Shown here: in pieces, positions 10,089 to 19,925 of the stretch
Position numbering within the stretch: the stretch's first letter is position 1
Layout of the letters: each line of letters begins with the position of its first letter
Origin: Spirochaetaceae bacterium
Lineage (GTDB): Bacteria > Spirochaetota > Spirochaetia > DSM-2461
DNA: 64,000 bases
Assembly: GCA_965224705.1 (NCBI GenBank)
Contig: OZ245056.1
Location: 2,048,001 to 2,112,000 of the forward strand
Reading direction: 5' to 3'
The notes under the pieces: generated by a model
Databases searched by the model: none
What the model saw: the letters and a program-made list of their open reading frames with translations, nothing else
What the model was told of the DNA's origin: nothing
Program-made: the position numbers and the translations under genes

Positions 10089-11622
10089 ATTCATAACTCC
10101 AGTGCCTATCTCTAATCAGGTTGACAGTCTTTCTCAGATCGCTTTCGAGCGGTCTGTCTTCAACGAGGAAATCGAAGTTATCGTGAACCTGTTCCACAGT
10201 TTTTTCAACGGGTTTCAGCCCCTCTTTCAGCAATTCGCCGCTTTTCACTCTTAGATCGAGCGCCTGGGTCATGGCGAGAAGACAGGCGGCAGCAACCTGC
10301 TCGGTCAATTCGATGATTCTAACGCAATCCCGCGCCGCAATGGTGCCCATGCTCACTTTGTCCTGGTTATGGCATTCGGTAGACCTGGAGAACACGCTTG
10401 CGGGCATGGTATTCTTCAGGGCTTCGGCCGTCCAGGCACTGACACCGATCTGAACGGCTTTGAAGCCATGGTTAAGCGAATAGATGCCGTCACTTCCAGA
10501 AAGGTTAGGAGCCAGCCCTCAGTTGAATTTTTCATCGACCAGAACAGCAAGCTGTCTGTCCATGAGATCGGCCAGGTTGGCCACGATATTCTTCAGAGAA
10601 TCCATGGCAAAGGCGATATGGCCGCCATAGAAGTGACCGCCGTGGAGGATCGACTCGCTGTCGGGGTCAACAACAGGGTTGTCGTTGGCACTGTTCAACT
10701 CGTTTTCGATGAGCTGCCTGAGCATGGGGGCTGAGTCGTAGAACACTCCGATGACATGGGGGGCACAGCGGATGGAATAGGGATCCTGCAGCCTTTCGGG
10801 AAGTATTCCTGCTTCGCTGTGCTGGTTCAGGTCTTTTCTAATTCTTTTGGCTACAAGAGACTGACCTGGATGGGGCTTTGCCGCGAAGAGCCTTTCGTCG
10901 AAGTGATAAGCGTTCCCCTTGAGAGCCAGGGAACTCATGGACGTGAGTTTCGTCGCTGTTTCAGCCAGATATTCGGCCCTTTTGAAGGCCAAACAGGCCA
11001 CAGCCGTCATAGCGGCTGTTCCGTTCATGATGGCGAGTCCTTCTCGGGGGCGCAGTTTGATGATGGGGAGATTGAGCTTTTCCAGAACCTCATTGGCGGG
11101 GGCTGTTTCGCCATTGTAGAGAACATCACGTTCTCCGATGAGGGCGGCCGAGACATAGGAAAGAGGCGTCAGATCCCCGCTGGCTCCAACCGATCCCTCC
11201 TGGGGAATGCGGGGGAGAATGTCGTGCTTGATCAGATTTTCCAGACCGGCCATAAGGCCGAAACTCACACCGGAGAATCCGAGGCTGAGGGACTGAAGCC
11301 TGGTGAGAAGAATGGCTCTGGTCGTTTCGTCATCAAACAGTTCGCCGAGACCGCATCCGTGAAACCGTGTCAGGTGGACGGGGAGATCATAGTAGTGTTT
11401 TTCCTGAACTGTTTTCCCACATGAATCGCCAAAACCTGTGGTTACGCCGTATATGTCCCCCTTCTCATTCAATACTTTGTCGAGAAAAGCCGCACCGCGG
11501 TTAATTCTCTCCTGATATGCGTCCGACCTTTCCAGGTGAATCTCGATCCGTTTTTGCGCGGCATTTTCCACGTCTTCAATTGCCAGTCTTCTTCCGTCAA
11601 TACACAGTCTGTCCATCGTCAT
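10081..11622 (-). pseudogene. Aromatic amino-acid (His/Tyr/Phe) ammonia-lyase interrupted by one in-frame TGA at 10519-10521
   Basis: YGVTTGFG, GSVGASGDL (MIO), QDPYSIRC and HNQDKVSMG motifs. ORFs 10519-11622 and 10081-10407 share a frame: DEKFN*GLAPNLSG. Confidence 0.85.
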
Positions 11623-11632
11623 ACTCTCTCAT

Positions 11633-12598
11633 TTATTGTTTGGTTTGCGGCTTATCCCAAAAACCGAAAAAATTGTACCACTGATATGGATGATTGAGAC
11701 AAAGAGCCTCAAGGTGCGAAACGAATTCTTCTGTCAGCTTTTTGATCTTCTCTCTTCTTTCTCTTCGCGATCCGCCAGTATCGATAGAAGACCGGTAGAC
11801 ATGAAATTCATACGGGCTGGTAAAATCTTTATCATTTTCCCGGACGGCAAACATGAAATAGACCGGAGCTTCGAGCAGTGATGCCAGAATAAATGCTCCC
11901 TGGGGGAAATATGCTGTTTCACCAAAAAAGGAAACTTCTGTGTTCTTCATCGTGTTATTCTTCGCAGTACGATCACCCGCGATAACAACAAGATCACCGG
12001 CAATGATGTTTTCCTTTAAGTTGATAATCGTACCGGGATCAATGGATGAGGCATTGACAAGCTGTACCATAGATTGTGGATTCGTCTCTTCCATCAATCT
12101 ATTGAACGTATCAGTTACGGAGAAGTCCACAACTGAGTGCACTCTGAATTGAGGGATACCGTATCCCGAATCATGATTGGCCATAGCCCTGAGCATCTCT
12201 ATGTTGCCGAGATGTGAACAGATAACTACCGCTCCTCTTTTCTCCGAAAGCTGTTTTTTCAAGACGGAAATATCATCAGTCATTTCCAAAAGACTCCCGG
12301 AATGCATGTCTCCCGCCCATGCGGCCAACTTCTCGATTAAAGAATAGGAGAAAGAATAGATATGGCGATAAACGTCCATCAACCCAGGGTTCTTATCTAT
12401 TCCCGACTTTTTGTTGACCCTGGCGAGAAAGGAGCGGCTGACTCTCCGGGACGAAGGGGAAAACAGAAAAAAGAAGAAGGCAACAGGATGGAGAAAGATT
12501 CTCATGCCGCCGAAACCAAGCTTCTTGTAGATGATAAAGAAAAGGCGCATCTGCCATAGCGAGCCGGCTTTTTCCTTTTTTCCCGACCAATGGGCCAC
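11633..12598 (-). CDS. LpxL-like acyltransferase (C-terminal half of ApeJ)
   Basis: HWS..KE start, CSHLGNIE, GDRT and PYQWYNFF motifs. Confidence 0.88.
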   Translation of the reverse strand: MAHWSGKKEKAGSLWQMRLFFIIYKKLGFGGMRIFLHPVAFFFFLFSPSSRRVSRSFLARVNKKSGIDKNPGLMDVYRHIYSFSYSLIEKLAAWAGDMHSGSLLEMTDDISVLKKQLSEKRGAVVICSHLGNIEMLRAMANHDSGYGIPQFRVHSVVDFSVTDTFNRLMEETNPQSMVQLVNASSIDPGTIINLKENIIAGDLVVIAGDRTAKNNTMKNTEVSFFGETAYFPQGAFILASLLEAPVYFMFAVRENDKDFTSPYEFHVYRSSIDTGGSRRERREKIKKLTEEFVSHLEALCLNHPYQWYNFFGFWDKPQTKQ

Positions 12599-13359
12599 TA
12601 GGCAGCCCCCCTGCGGGATAATCCAAATCGCCTCGCCGCGATGAAGGGCAGCCGCAGAATCATTCCTATAACAAGCATAGTATGGGCACCGGTAATGGCG
12701 GCGTTATCATGGAACATACGGAAATTGGAGAGCCCTCCTTCGGGATAAGTCACCTTTACCGGGAAGAATTTCATCTTCATTCCCATCCAGTGGAGCCTGA
12801 CGAGTATTTCTATATCAAATTCCATCCTCTTCTTCAGCTTCTTGCTTCTAATCAGCTTATTCGTTTTATCCAGAGGGTAAACTCGGAATCCGCACATAGC
12901 ATCAACGATATCCCTGGACAGCGTTTCCACAGAGACGAAAAAAGTGGTCAGCTTGCGCCCCGAGACACGGGATTTGGGAACCGATTGGTCATAGACAGGA
13001 TGACCGCATATAAGTGATTCCCTATCCTTACCGGCTTCGCTGATAAAAAGCTCGATATTGTTCAGATCGTGCTGCCCGTCAGCATCGACCTGCAAGGCAT
13101 GGGTGAATCCCATATCATAAGCCTTCTTAAGGCCGTGCATAACGGCACCACCTTTCCCTTGATTGATATCGAGGGTGAAGAGATAGCAGTTATCGTACTT
13201 TCCTTCTATTCGTTTCAGCTCGTTAGCTGTTTCGCTGGAACTCCCATCATCGACCATGATGACAGGCAGATTATTGTCTATAAGGTTTTTTACCACAGCT
13301 TCGGCGGTTGACCCATGATTATACACAGGAACAACAGTGCAGGGCTTAAAATCTGACAA
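12598..13359 (-). CDS. GT2 glycosyltransferase (N-terminal half of ApeJ)
   Basis: VPVYNH, VDDGS, DADGQH and CGFRVYP motifs. Likely start is TTG 13359 with AGGAGG upstream. Confidence 0.9.
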   Translation of the reverse strand: MSDFKPCTVVPVYNHGSTAEAVVKNLIDNNLPVIMVDDGSSSETANELKRIEGKYDNCYLFTLDINQGKGGAVMHGLKKAYDMGFTHALQVDADGQHDLNNIELFISEAGKDRESLICGHPVYDQSVPKSRVSGRKLTTFFVSVETLSRDIVDAMCGFRVYPLDKTNKLIRSKKLKKRMEFDIEILVRLHWMGMKMKFFPVKVTYPEGGLSNFRMFHDNAAITGAHTMLVIGMILRLPFIAARRFGLSRRGAA

Positions 13360-14998
13360 AAATACTTCCTCCTGAAAATTTCCTGGATCCCTCTTCCGAT
13401 GCGTATTCAAATCCGACTTTCCCTTTCCCGGCATCCCAGGTAATTCTAACCTTCACATTGCGGTCGGGAAATATGGGATTCTGGAATTTCATTCTGGGCA
13501 TCCGCTCAATCACCGGGTTGAGGCCAGTTTTCTCTTTAAAAACGGACATGACCCAGTCTAGCTGAACAACGGCAGGGAGAATTTTCATTTCTGGAAAATG
13601 ACCATCGAAGTAACGGTATTCCGGAGGAAAGTTAACGACGAAGTCCCACCCTTTTTCCGATTTTTCTTCAGAGAGAATCGTGGGAAAATCGACCAGCCTT
13701 ATATCGAAGAGAGCCTTTGCCTCGGATCTCATGAGTTTTCCCTGGGAATTGACCGGCATCTTATCGGGATAGCGCCACTTTTTGGGTATGACGACGGGAT
13801 GAAAATGAGCGGCCAGAGATTGACGGAAATACTGATTGATTTCTTTTTTATCCGCGCCGGCAAAGGTTTCCCTTCCCTTCTCGTTTAGCTCGATAGCCGC
13901 GGCGATGAACTGCCGACGTCCCTCAAAAGAGAAAACAGCCGCATCGGTGACAAGTTCATTTTCGAGGAGCTTGTTCTCCAGATCATTGAGAGCCACACGC
14001 TTTTCCTCGATTTTGACTATGGAATCCTTGCGGCCGTACAGTTCGAAAGTTCCATTCTCCTTCATCACTATATGATCTTCGAGAATATACTGCCCATCTC
14101 CCGGTAGAAAGGGAGACTGGATTGTCAGCGCCCCCTCCTTGCCGGAGAGAATCGAAACGGCATCAAATGGCTTCCAGTATGGCTCCTGGGGAGACAGTTT
14201 CCAGGCGATGCCGCCTGTTTCCGTGCTCCCGTATATCTCGCGAACGGAATTGCCAAAAAAATCATAGCTGTATTCTGCCGTACCGGGCGGAAGAAAACCT
14301 CCCGATGAAAAGGGAGTAATCTTCTCCTTCCTGCCGGCTAAGTTTCCCTCAAGCTCAACCATTCTCTTCAGAAATGCAGGACTGGTTATAAGCGAACTTT
14401 TACCTTCTGAAAGGGAAAAAAGCGATTCGGGATAGTGGAGCCTTCGGGGACAGATGGTTCCTCCGGCTGCAAGAGGGAGGAGAATGGAAAAAAGCATACC
14501 GTAAAAATGCTGATGGCTGACTGTCGTGTAAACCGTAGAATCCTTCACGATATCGCCCCAAAGATTCCTGAGTTCCTCGACTTCATTCTCAATCTGAATG
14601 AGTTCCTTGGCCACTTCCTTCGGTTGTCCCGTACTGCCCGAAGTGTGAAAGACGATCCTGTTGTCCCGGCAAACAAGAGAATATTCATCATACATCAATT
14701 GACCAGTGACCCTGACGGCATCCCGGTCAAATGAGAAGTCGGACACCGCTGAATCATCACAAAACAGGGAATGGCCGCTGAGCCCATCATTCGAGGGTGC
14801 CGCGCCAGGGAGATGAATGTCTTTCCCCGCATAGAGAAGAGCAAAAAACGATAAGACGAAATCGCCAGGCTCTTCCCTGTAGAGGAGCCAGGATTTTTCC
14901 TCTGTTTTTGCCAGTTCCACGGACATCCCGGCGATAATGCCGCGTTCTTCTGGTGAGAGCACACAATTCAGCTGCCTCATGTCAAGTATGCTGCTCAT
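13346..14998 (-). CDS. AMP-dependent acyl-ACP synthetase fused to a FabA/Z-like dehydratase (ApeH-ApeI fusion)
   Basis: TSGSTGQPK, YGSTETGG, GRKD and C-terminal FDGHFP..ILPAVVQLDW motifs. Start placed at the ATGA overlap with the upstream stop. Confidence 0.88.
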   Translation of the reverse strand: MSSILDMRQLNCVLSPEERGIIAGMSVELAKTEEKSWLLYREEPGDFVLSFFALLYAGKDIHLPGAAPSNDGLSGHSLFCDDSAVSDFSFDRDAVRVTGQLMYDEYSLVCRDNRIVFHTSGSTGQPKEVAKELIQIENEVEELRNLWGDIVKDSTVYTTVSHQHFYGMLFSILLPLAAGGTICPRRLHYPESLFSLSEGKSSLITSPAFLKRMVELEGNLAGRKEKITPFSSGGFLPPGTAEYSYDFFGNSVREIYGSTETGGIAWKLSPQEPYWKPFDAVSILSGKEGALTIQSPFLPGDGQYILEDHIVMKENGTFELYGRKDSIVKIEEKRVALNDLENKLLENELVTDAAVFSFEGRRQFIAAAIELNEKGRETFAGADKKEINQYFRQSLAAHFHPVVIPKKWRYPDKMPVNSQGKLMRSEAKALFDIRLVDFPTILSEEKSEKGWDFVVNFPPEYRYFDGHFPEMKILPAVVQLDWVMSVFKEKTGLNPVIERMPRMKFQNPIFPDRNVKVRITWDAGKGKVGFEYASEEGSRKFSGGSIFVRF

Positions 14999-15588
14999 TG
15001 TTGAACCCTTACCTTCCGGACAATGAACTCCCCGAGAAAAATCACGCCGATTAAAATATAGGATATCATTCCGTTGTAGAGAGCCCAAAAAAAGTGACTT
15101 GCGAAGAGGGCTGTGAAAACAGCGGTTAAGCCGTTGATAACAAGAAATGCAATCCAGACCATTGTGACCTTCCGGCAATACCTTTCGATCTTTAACCTCT
15201 CCTCCCCCTCACTGCTGCGGACTTTTTCGTCCTGCATGGAGGCCAGGCGGAATATCATGGAAGGAGGGCGCAGCAAAGTGATCCCGAAACTCAGCAGAAG
15301 GAAGATATTGATGGATACGGGATAAAACTTAACATACCCGGCATTTTCAGTAATGAAGGTGATAAGTGCAAGTAAACCCGCTGTGAGAAACATGCCCCAG
15401 AACTGGATCCGCTTAAAAGTTTCTCCCCGCACATTGTCGGTATGGGTGATGAAGTACGCCAAAGCGACAAAAACCAGCAGGGCTGCTAAAACCCTGGGGC
15501 TGGCGTCAAAGCGAGAAAGCATTAAGTAAATGAGTACAGGGTAAAGCACGGCCGAAACTAAAGCCAATGCCTTCAGAAAATACTTCAC
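14995..15588 (-). CDS. Integral membrane protein (ApeG-like)
   Basis: Multiple TM segments; YCRKVT..W and WALYNG..SY motifs. Confidence 0.85.
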   Translation of the reverse strand: MKYFLKALALVSAVLYPVLIYLMLSRFDASPRVLAALLVFVALAYFITHTDNVRGETFKRIQFWGMFLTAGLLALITFITENAGYVKFYPVSINIFLLLSFGITLLRPPSMIFRLASMQDEKVRSSEGEERLKIERYCRKVTMVWIAFLVINGLTAVFTALFASHFFWALYNGMISYILIGVIFLGEFIVRKVRVQQ

Positions 15589-15848
15589 TCCTCAATGAGT
15601 CCGCCGTCGACAGCGATGGCCTCAATGGCATCGACTACGTCTTTGACTGTACGAACCTGTTTGAATTCTTCGGGATCGATGTTCTTTGTCGTGTATTTCT
15701 GCAGATTCACAATCAGATCAACCGCATCAATGCTATCAAGATCGAGGTCTTCCAGCAGATGAGACTCCAGAGAGATATCCTCCACAGGAATTTCAAAAGT
15801 TTCGTCCAGAATCTGTGTTATAGCTTTAAAAATTTCGTCTCTTGTCAT
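15585..15848 (-). CDS. Acyl carrier protein
   Basis: DLDLDSIDAVDL phosphopantetheine-attachment motif. Confidence 0.95.
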   Translation of the reverse strand: MTRDEIFKAITQILDETFEIPVEDISLESHLLEDLDLDSIDAVDLIVNLQKYTTKNIDPEEFKQVRTVKDVVDAIEAIAVDGGLIEE

Positions 15849-15851
15849 AAT

Positions 15852-16112
15852 TTATCCTCTACTTTCTTCAATGAAGTCAATTAAAGTCTTTATGGAGTAA
15901 AAATACTTCCGATTATTTTCATCTTCAGCAGAAAGTGTGACATTGTACTTTTTCTTGATAGCAATCCCCATTTCTAATGCATCAATAGAATCAAGCCCAA
16001 GGGCATCCCCGAAAAGAGGAGCTTCGGTTTTAATATCATCTGGAGAAAAATCTTCAAGATCCAATGCACCTATGAGTAATTCTTTAAGTTCCAGCTCTAA
16101 CTCTGTATTCAT
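15852..16112 (-). CDS. Acyl carrier protein
   Basis: PLFGDALGLDSIDALE motif. Confidence 0.95.
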   Translation of the reverse strand: MNTELELELKELLIGALDLEDFSPDDIKTEAPLFGDALGLDSIDALEMGIAIKKKYNVTLSAEDENNRKYFYSIKTLIDFIEESRG

Positions 16113-16123
16113 TTTTTACCTTT

Positions 16124-16242
16124 CGGAGTGTCAGAAAGCTTGTTAAATTAGAAAAACATTTCTTTATTATGACTGTTTTGGCGACTTAAAACCCTTCAAT
16201 TACTAGAAATAAAGAGAATTCAACAAGCTTACTGACACTCCG
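16124..16242. repeat. Inverted-repeat element, family A (AGTGTCAGAAAGCTTGTT ends)
   Basis: CGGAGTGTCAGAAAGCTTGTT ... AACAAGCTTACTGACACTCCG. Confidence 0.75.
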
Positions 16243-16257
16243 TTTATCTTTCAATCC

Positions 16258-16423
16258 AGGAGCCTGTCGGACTTTAAAGCTTCGAGGCGATTTCTGATGA
16301 TTTTTTCCTGATGCAAGGCGACAAAAACTCAAGCGTAGCTGGGCTACGTGAGTATCTTGGCAACGCAGCAACAGGGAAAAAGGGCAAAAATCGAGCCGTG
16401 AGGCGTAAGTTCGACAGGCTCCT
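16258..16423. mobile_element. MITE-like element with 17-bp terminal inverted repeats
   Basis: AGGAGCCTGTCGGACTT ... AAGTTCGACAGGCTCCT; no convincing coding capacity; abuts the acyltransferase stop. Confidence 0.7.
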
Positions 16424-17219
16424 AATGATTAATAACAGCTTTTATCTCCTCAGTCAACCTTCGGGCAGCCAGGGGCAAAGGTAGTCCCAGGAAGGAGGAA
16501 ACAGCGATTGGATCACCAAACTCCAATTTATATTCAAACCTGTAGTTATCGGGAATGGAGAAAAAACTATCACCTTTCCCCAGCCCTCTGGGAGAATTGA
16601 TCTCTATATGAACAGGAAGAATATCTCTGTTGTTACGAAGTGCAATCTGGGCAGCGCTTCGGTGCAGTTTTATATCGTTCTTTTTGTAATCTGTCCGCGT
16701 TCCCTCAGGAAAGAGGATCAGGTTATGCCCCTTTGCCAGAGACTCTCCACTCTGGCTAATAACTGCCTCGCCGTCAAGCAAGTTCGGAATATATAAGCGG
16801 GAGACGACAGGCATAGTAAAAGGATTCCTCCACAGGGAGGCTTTGACGATGCAGTCAGCCTGTGGAGTAAGTGCTATGAGGAATACGGCATCAAGTAGAG
16901 TTGGGTGATTGGCACAGATGATCATGCTCCGTGCCTGTGACAGATTTTCCCGCCCCTCAACCTCAAGTCGGATTAGTCCGACCGCCACCATGAAATTGGA
17001 AAAAAAACGGAAGGTATGGCTGACGAGAGAGCGAAAAGCATCATTGGATTTCCCATCGCGGCTCACAGCCAGCAGTGCCGCGGGCCCCACGAAGAGAGCA
17101 AAAAATAGTCCCCCTAACCCGAAGAAAAAAAAACTGAGAGATTTGAAAAACAGATGAACAGCGGAGCGGAAAAAGTTAATGATCACTTCTCTCCTGCACG
17201 GAAAATAGTGATCCGACAA
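16422..17219 (-). CDS. PlsC-like acyltransferase (ApeD-like)
   Basis: ANHPTLLD and FPEGTRT motifs. Confidence 0.92.
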   Translation of the reverse strand: MSDHYFPCRREVIINFFRSAVHLFFKSLSFFFFGLGGLFFALFVGPAALLAVSRDGKSNDAFRSLVSHTFRFFSNFMVAVGLIRLEVEGRENLSQARSMIICANHPTLLDAVFLIALTPQADCIVKASLWRNPFTMPVVSRLYIPNLLDGEAVISQSGESLAKGHNLILFPEGTRTDYKKNDIKLHRSAAQIALRNNRDILPVHIEINSPRGLGKGDSFFSIPDNYRFEYKLEFGDPIAVSSFLGLPLPLAARRLTEEIKAVINH

Positions 17220-17920
17220 CCAGAACCACCGACCGAAAATGATTCATTTCCAGCAGTCAGAATCCACCGAAGAAAGTCCAGGGGTTCCGATGGTTTGTCA
17301 TCGTCTTCCGATGTCCCAATATCCAGGTCCAAAGAGATGCCTCGCTTTGAATCCCGGCCGCCCACAACCATGGCAAAAGCATAAGGATGCAATTCGCCAT
17401 CGTAGAGATCTTGGTAATCTTCGGGAATAAGCTCATCGGCAAAGATGATTAGAAAGTCTTTCTCGGGATTAAGCCGCACATCTGAGAGAATGGACATTAG
17501 ACCAGAAGTGAGGTCTCTATCTCCCGAAAGGAGAACAGCCGCCGCTTGCCTGTTATCCTCATGTATGGACAAAAGTGAGACCGGTGTATTGAAAACCGAT
17601 AAGCTGAAGGCTGCGGGTCTAACCTCTCCCGAATCGATCAGTTTTCCCGTAACCCCGTTCTGCTGGGAGATTTCACCAAAACGGCTGTAGAGAACGGTCC
17701 GGCAAGAGCCATTGTGCTCATTGAGTTCATGGCCGACATGAAGCACCATCCTGGTGAGCTGACTCAGACGCCGTCTGGCAATGGGGGAAAGATGTTCCAG
17801 CTTTGGCTTGTCAGTGGTCGGCAGAATCTCAAGATTTCCCACCGCCCAGTCATTCCATTCCTCGCGGCTGGTAACACCGGGAGCCCAGGCGCTCCAATCT
17901 TTTAAAAGGATTCGATCCAA
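17183..17920 (-). CDS. Ketosynthase chain-length factor (ApeC-like)
   Basis: WSAWAPG, RRRLS, SRFGE and P.AFSLSVFN motifs of the KS-like CLF family. Confidence 0.88.
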   Translation of the reverse strand: MDRILLKDWSAWAPGVTSREEWNDWAVGNLEILPTTDKPKLEHLSPIARRRLSQLTRMVLHVGHELNEHNGSCRTVLYSRFGEISQQNGVTGKLIDSGEVRPAAFSLSVFNTPVSLLSIHEDNRQAAAVLLSGDRDLTSGLMSILSDVRLNPEKDFLIIFADELIPEDYQDLYDGELHPYAFAMVVGGRDSKRGISLDLDIGTSEDDDKPSEPLDFLRWILTAGNESFSVGGSGCRITIFRAGEK

Positions 17921-17924
17921 ATCC

Positions 17925-19034
17925 CTACCCCTTTTTAAATCTCAGGATGGAGTAATCATTGGGACCGAGTTCGTGTATTTCATCATCAAGTCGGAATCCT
18001 GCCTTTTCTATAGCCTTGATCAACTCGCCTGATTCGTACATTTTGCTGTTACCATTGGCCATTGCCGTAAAATAAAGAGAAGTGGCATGAAGAGAATAAG
18101 CTGCGGCACGGTATTTCTGTTTATCCCAGAGGGGCTCCATAACATAAACGCAGCAGTTCTCATCAACAGCATTATGAACCTTTCCGAGAATTCCCGTTAC
18201 TTCCTCAAGAGAAAAACAGTCAAGAAACTGACTCATCCAGACGGCATCACACCCTTCAGGGAGAGTCGATTCACTTTTCAGTACATCAGCTTCGTAAACT
18301 GAAATTCTGTTGGAGAATTCGCTGTCATTTATGGTCTTTCTGGCTATTTCCGCCTGACCGGGGAGATCGATGATTGTGACTTTGACATCATCCATGTGAC
18401 GAACACAGGAGAGGGCCCATCTGGCCGTGTTTCCTCCGATATCCATCAGGGATTTATGCCCCTCCGAAAATACATATTTCAACGCAGCAGGAAAAGCACC
18501 ATCAGAATAGAAATGATCGAAAGCAAACCAGCTCTTCTGGACCTGTGGAGGCAGCGATGACAATCCTTCGTATATGGTAGGCCACTGACCGAAAACTTTG
18601 AGTCCTTCAGGTTTGCCCTTTTCCAGAGAATCCTGAAGGAAAAAGCTCCCCTCATAACAGACATCATGCATAAAACTCATATTGGCGATGGTCATGGCAT
18701 CGTGAAGAAGAAAAAATCCTATTTTACCAAGAACGTATTTCCAGGGCCTCTCCTCTGCGGTAATCTTAACGATGTCAGTGCTGAGCCCCATATCGAGAAG
18801 ACAACTTAGAGCATATTCGCTCAGTTCGAGTTCAGCCGAAAGGTCTTCTCGACTGATACCTTCGTCTCCAGCTTCATCAAGTAATTTGAGAATGCCAAGT
18901 TCTCTCATGGACTTAGCTGCCTGAAAAGCAAAGGGAGCAAAGGCAATTTTTTGAGCTTCATATTTGGCATCTACAGCCGAGATTTTGTCGTTAGAGAACA
19001 GTTTTTCTTGATTATATTTTAGTTTATTTCTCAA
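17925..19034 (-). CDS. SAM-dependent O-methyltransferase (ApeB-like)
   Basis: AQKIAFAP, DIGGNTA, WMSQFLDCFS and ANGNSKMY motifs. Confidence 0.9.
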   Translation of the reverse strand: MRNKLKYNQEKLFSNDKISAVDAKYEAQKIAFAPFAFQAAKSMRELGILKLLDEAGDEGISREDLSAELELSEYALSCLLDMGLSTDIVKITAEERPWKYVLGKIGFFLLHDAMTIANMSFMHDVCYEGSFFLQDSLEKGKPEGLKVFGQWPTIYEGLSSLPPQVQKSWFAFDHFYSDGAFPAALKYVFSEGHKSLMDIGGNTARWALSCVRHMDDVKVTIIDLPGQAEIARKTINDSEFSNRISVYEADVLKSESTLPEGCDAVWMSQFLDCFSLEEVTGILGKVHNAVDENCCVYVMEPLWDKQKYRAAAYSLHATSLYFTAMANGNSKMYESGELIKAIEKAGFRLDDEIHELGPNDYSILRFKKG

Positions 19035-19082
19035 GTATCCAACTCCAGAAAGTGAAATAAATTCCGATACAGTACTATACCT

Positions 19083-19188
19083 GAGCTAATTCGAAAACTC
19101 TCTATAAGGTATCAGTCAGAGAAGGGATGCCGCTACTCTTGATGTTGCCTCAGGCTAAATTCTCATTGAAAATGAAGGTTTTGTCAAG
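19083..19188. repeat. Dispersed repeat family B, copy 1
   Basis: GAGCTAATTC.AAAACT..CTATAAG...TTTTGTCAAG aligns with 32038-32129. Confidence 0.7.
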
Positions 19189-19308
19189 GCTTCGGGGTCT
19201 TTCTCTGCATTTCGGTATCTTTCTTCCGATTCACAGGGCGTTCATGGGTTTCTATCGCTGTCGAGTCCCGGCTCACATGTCCCACAAGCTCATCTTTGAC
19301 CGTTTTCG

Positions 19309-19530
19309 AGTGTCAGAAAGCTTGTTGTAACCTGGCTTCATTAGAATCCATCCAGAAGTAGATCCTTGTCCGGTGTAGTCGTTTAATGTTGATTGATGGC
19401 TGTGATTCAGCGAATCACTCTCTGGAACGGTGAGAAACCATGTCGGCGAAGTTTAATGTAATTACTTATTCTATAAAATATTAGTTTTCTGATGAAAGCA
19501 ATCGATTTATTTAACAAGCTTTCTGACACT
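19309..19530. repeat. Inverted-repeat element, family A
   Basis: Perfect 18-bp IR AGTGTCAGAAAGCTTGTT / AACAAGCTTTCTGACACT. Confidence 0.8.
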
Positions 19531-19775
19531 ACATAAGCGTTCCAAAGACCGTGTCCTTATTTTGTCAGCCGCGATTTTGCTGACAGAGCAAAACGAGTGT
19601 TGAACGTAGCTTCGTTCAAACCACTATTGCTCTATCATCCAGGGGTCAACAACATGAAACTGGAAATGCTCCTTTTGTCATGTCTGTTTGGCATAGAGAT
19701 ACAGAGATGTATTGAAGAAAAACAAAAACAATGTCCTGTAACAAATTAACAGTCTATTACAGGGCATGTATGAAT

Positions 19776-19848
19776 TAGTGGCGAAGGGACTTGAACCCCT
19801 GACCGATCGGATATGAGCCGATTGCTCTACCAACTGAGCTACGCCACC
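19776..19848 (-). tRNA. tRNA-Met (CAT), probably elongator
   Basis: GGTGGCGTAGCTCAGTTGGTAGAGC-ATCGG CTCATAT CCGAT-GGGGTTCAAGTCCC-TCGCCACTA cloverleaf; no encoded CCA. Ile2 is not fully excluded. Confidence 0.92.
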
Positions 19849-19925
19849 AATCTTACGACAAATTAATGCTCTTCTTGATGTATGTCAACTGTATGGATGA
19901 GTATCTTGTGGGCTTAACTTCTTCC

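Noticed and set aside
10519..10521. Selenocysteine or alternative genetic code at the TGA
   Set aside because: Many neighbouring genes end in TGA, and the position is not a catalytic Cys.
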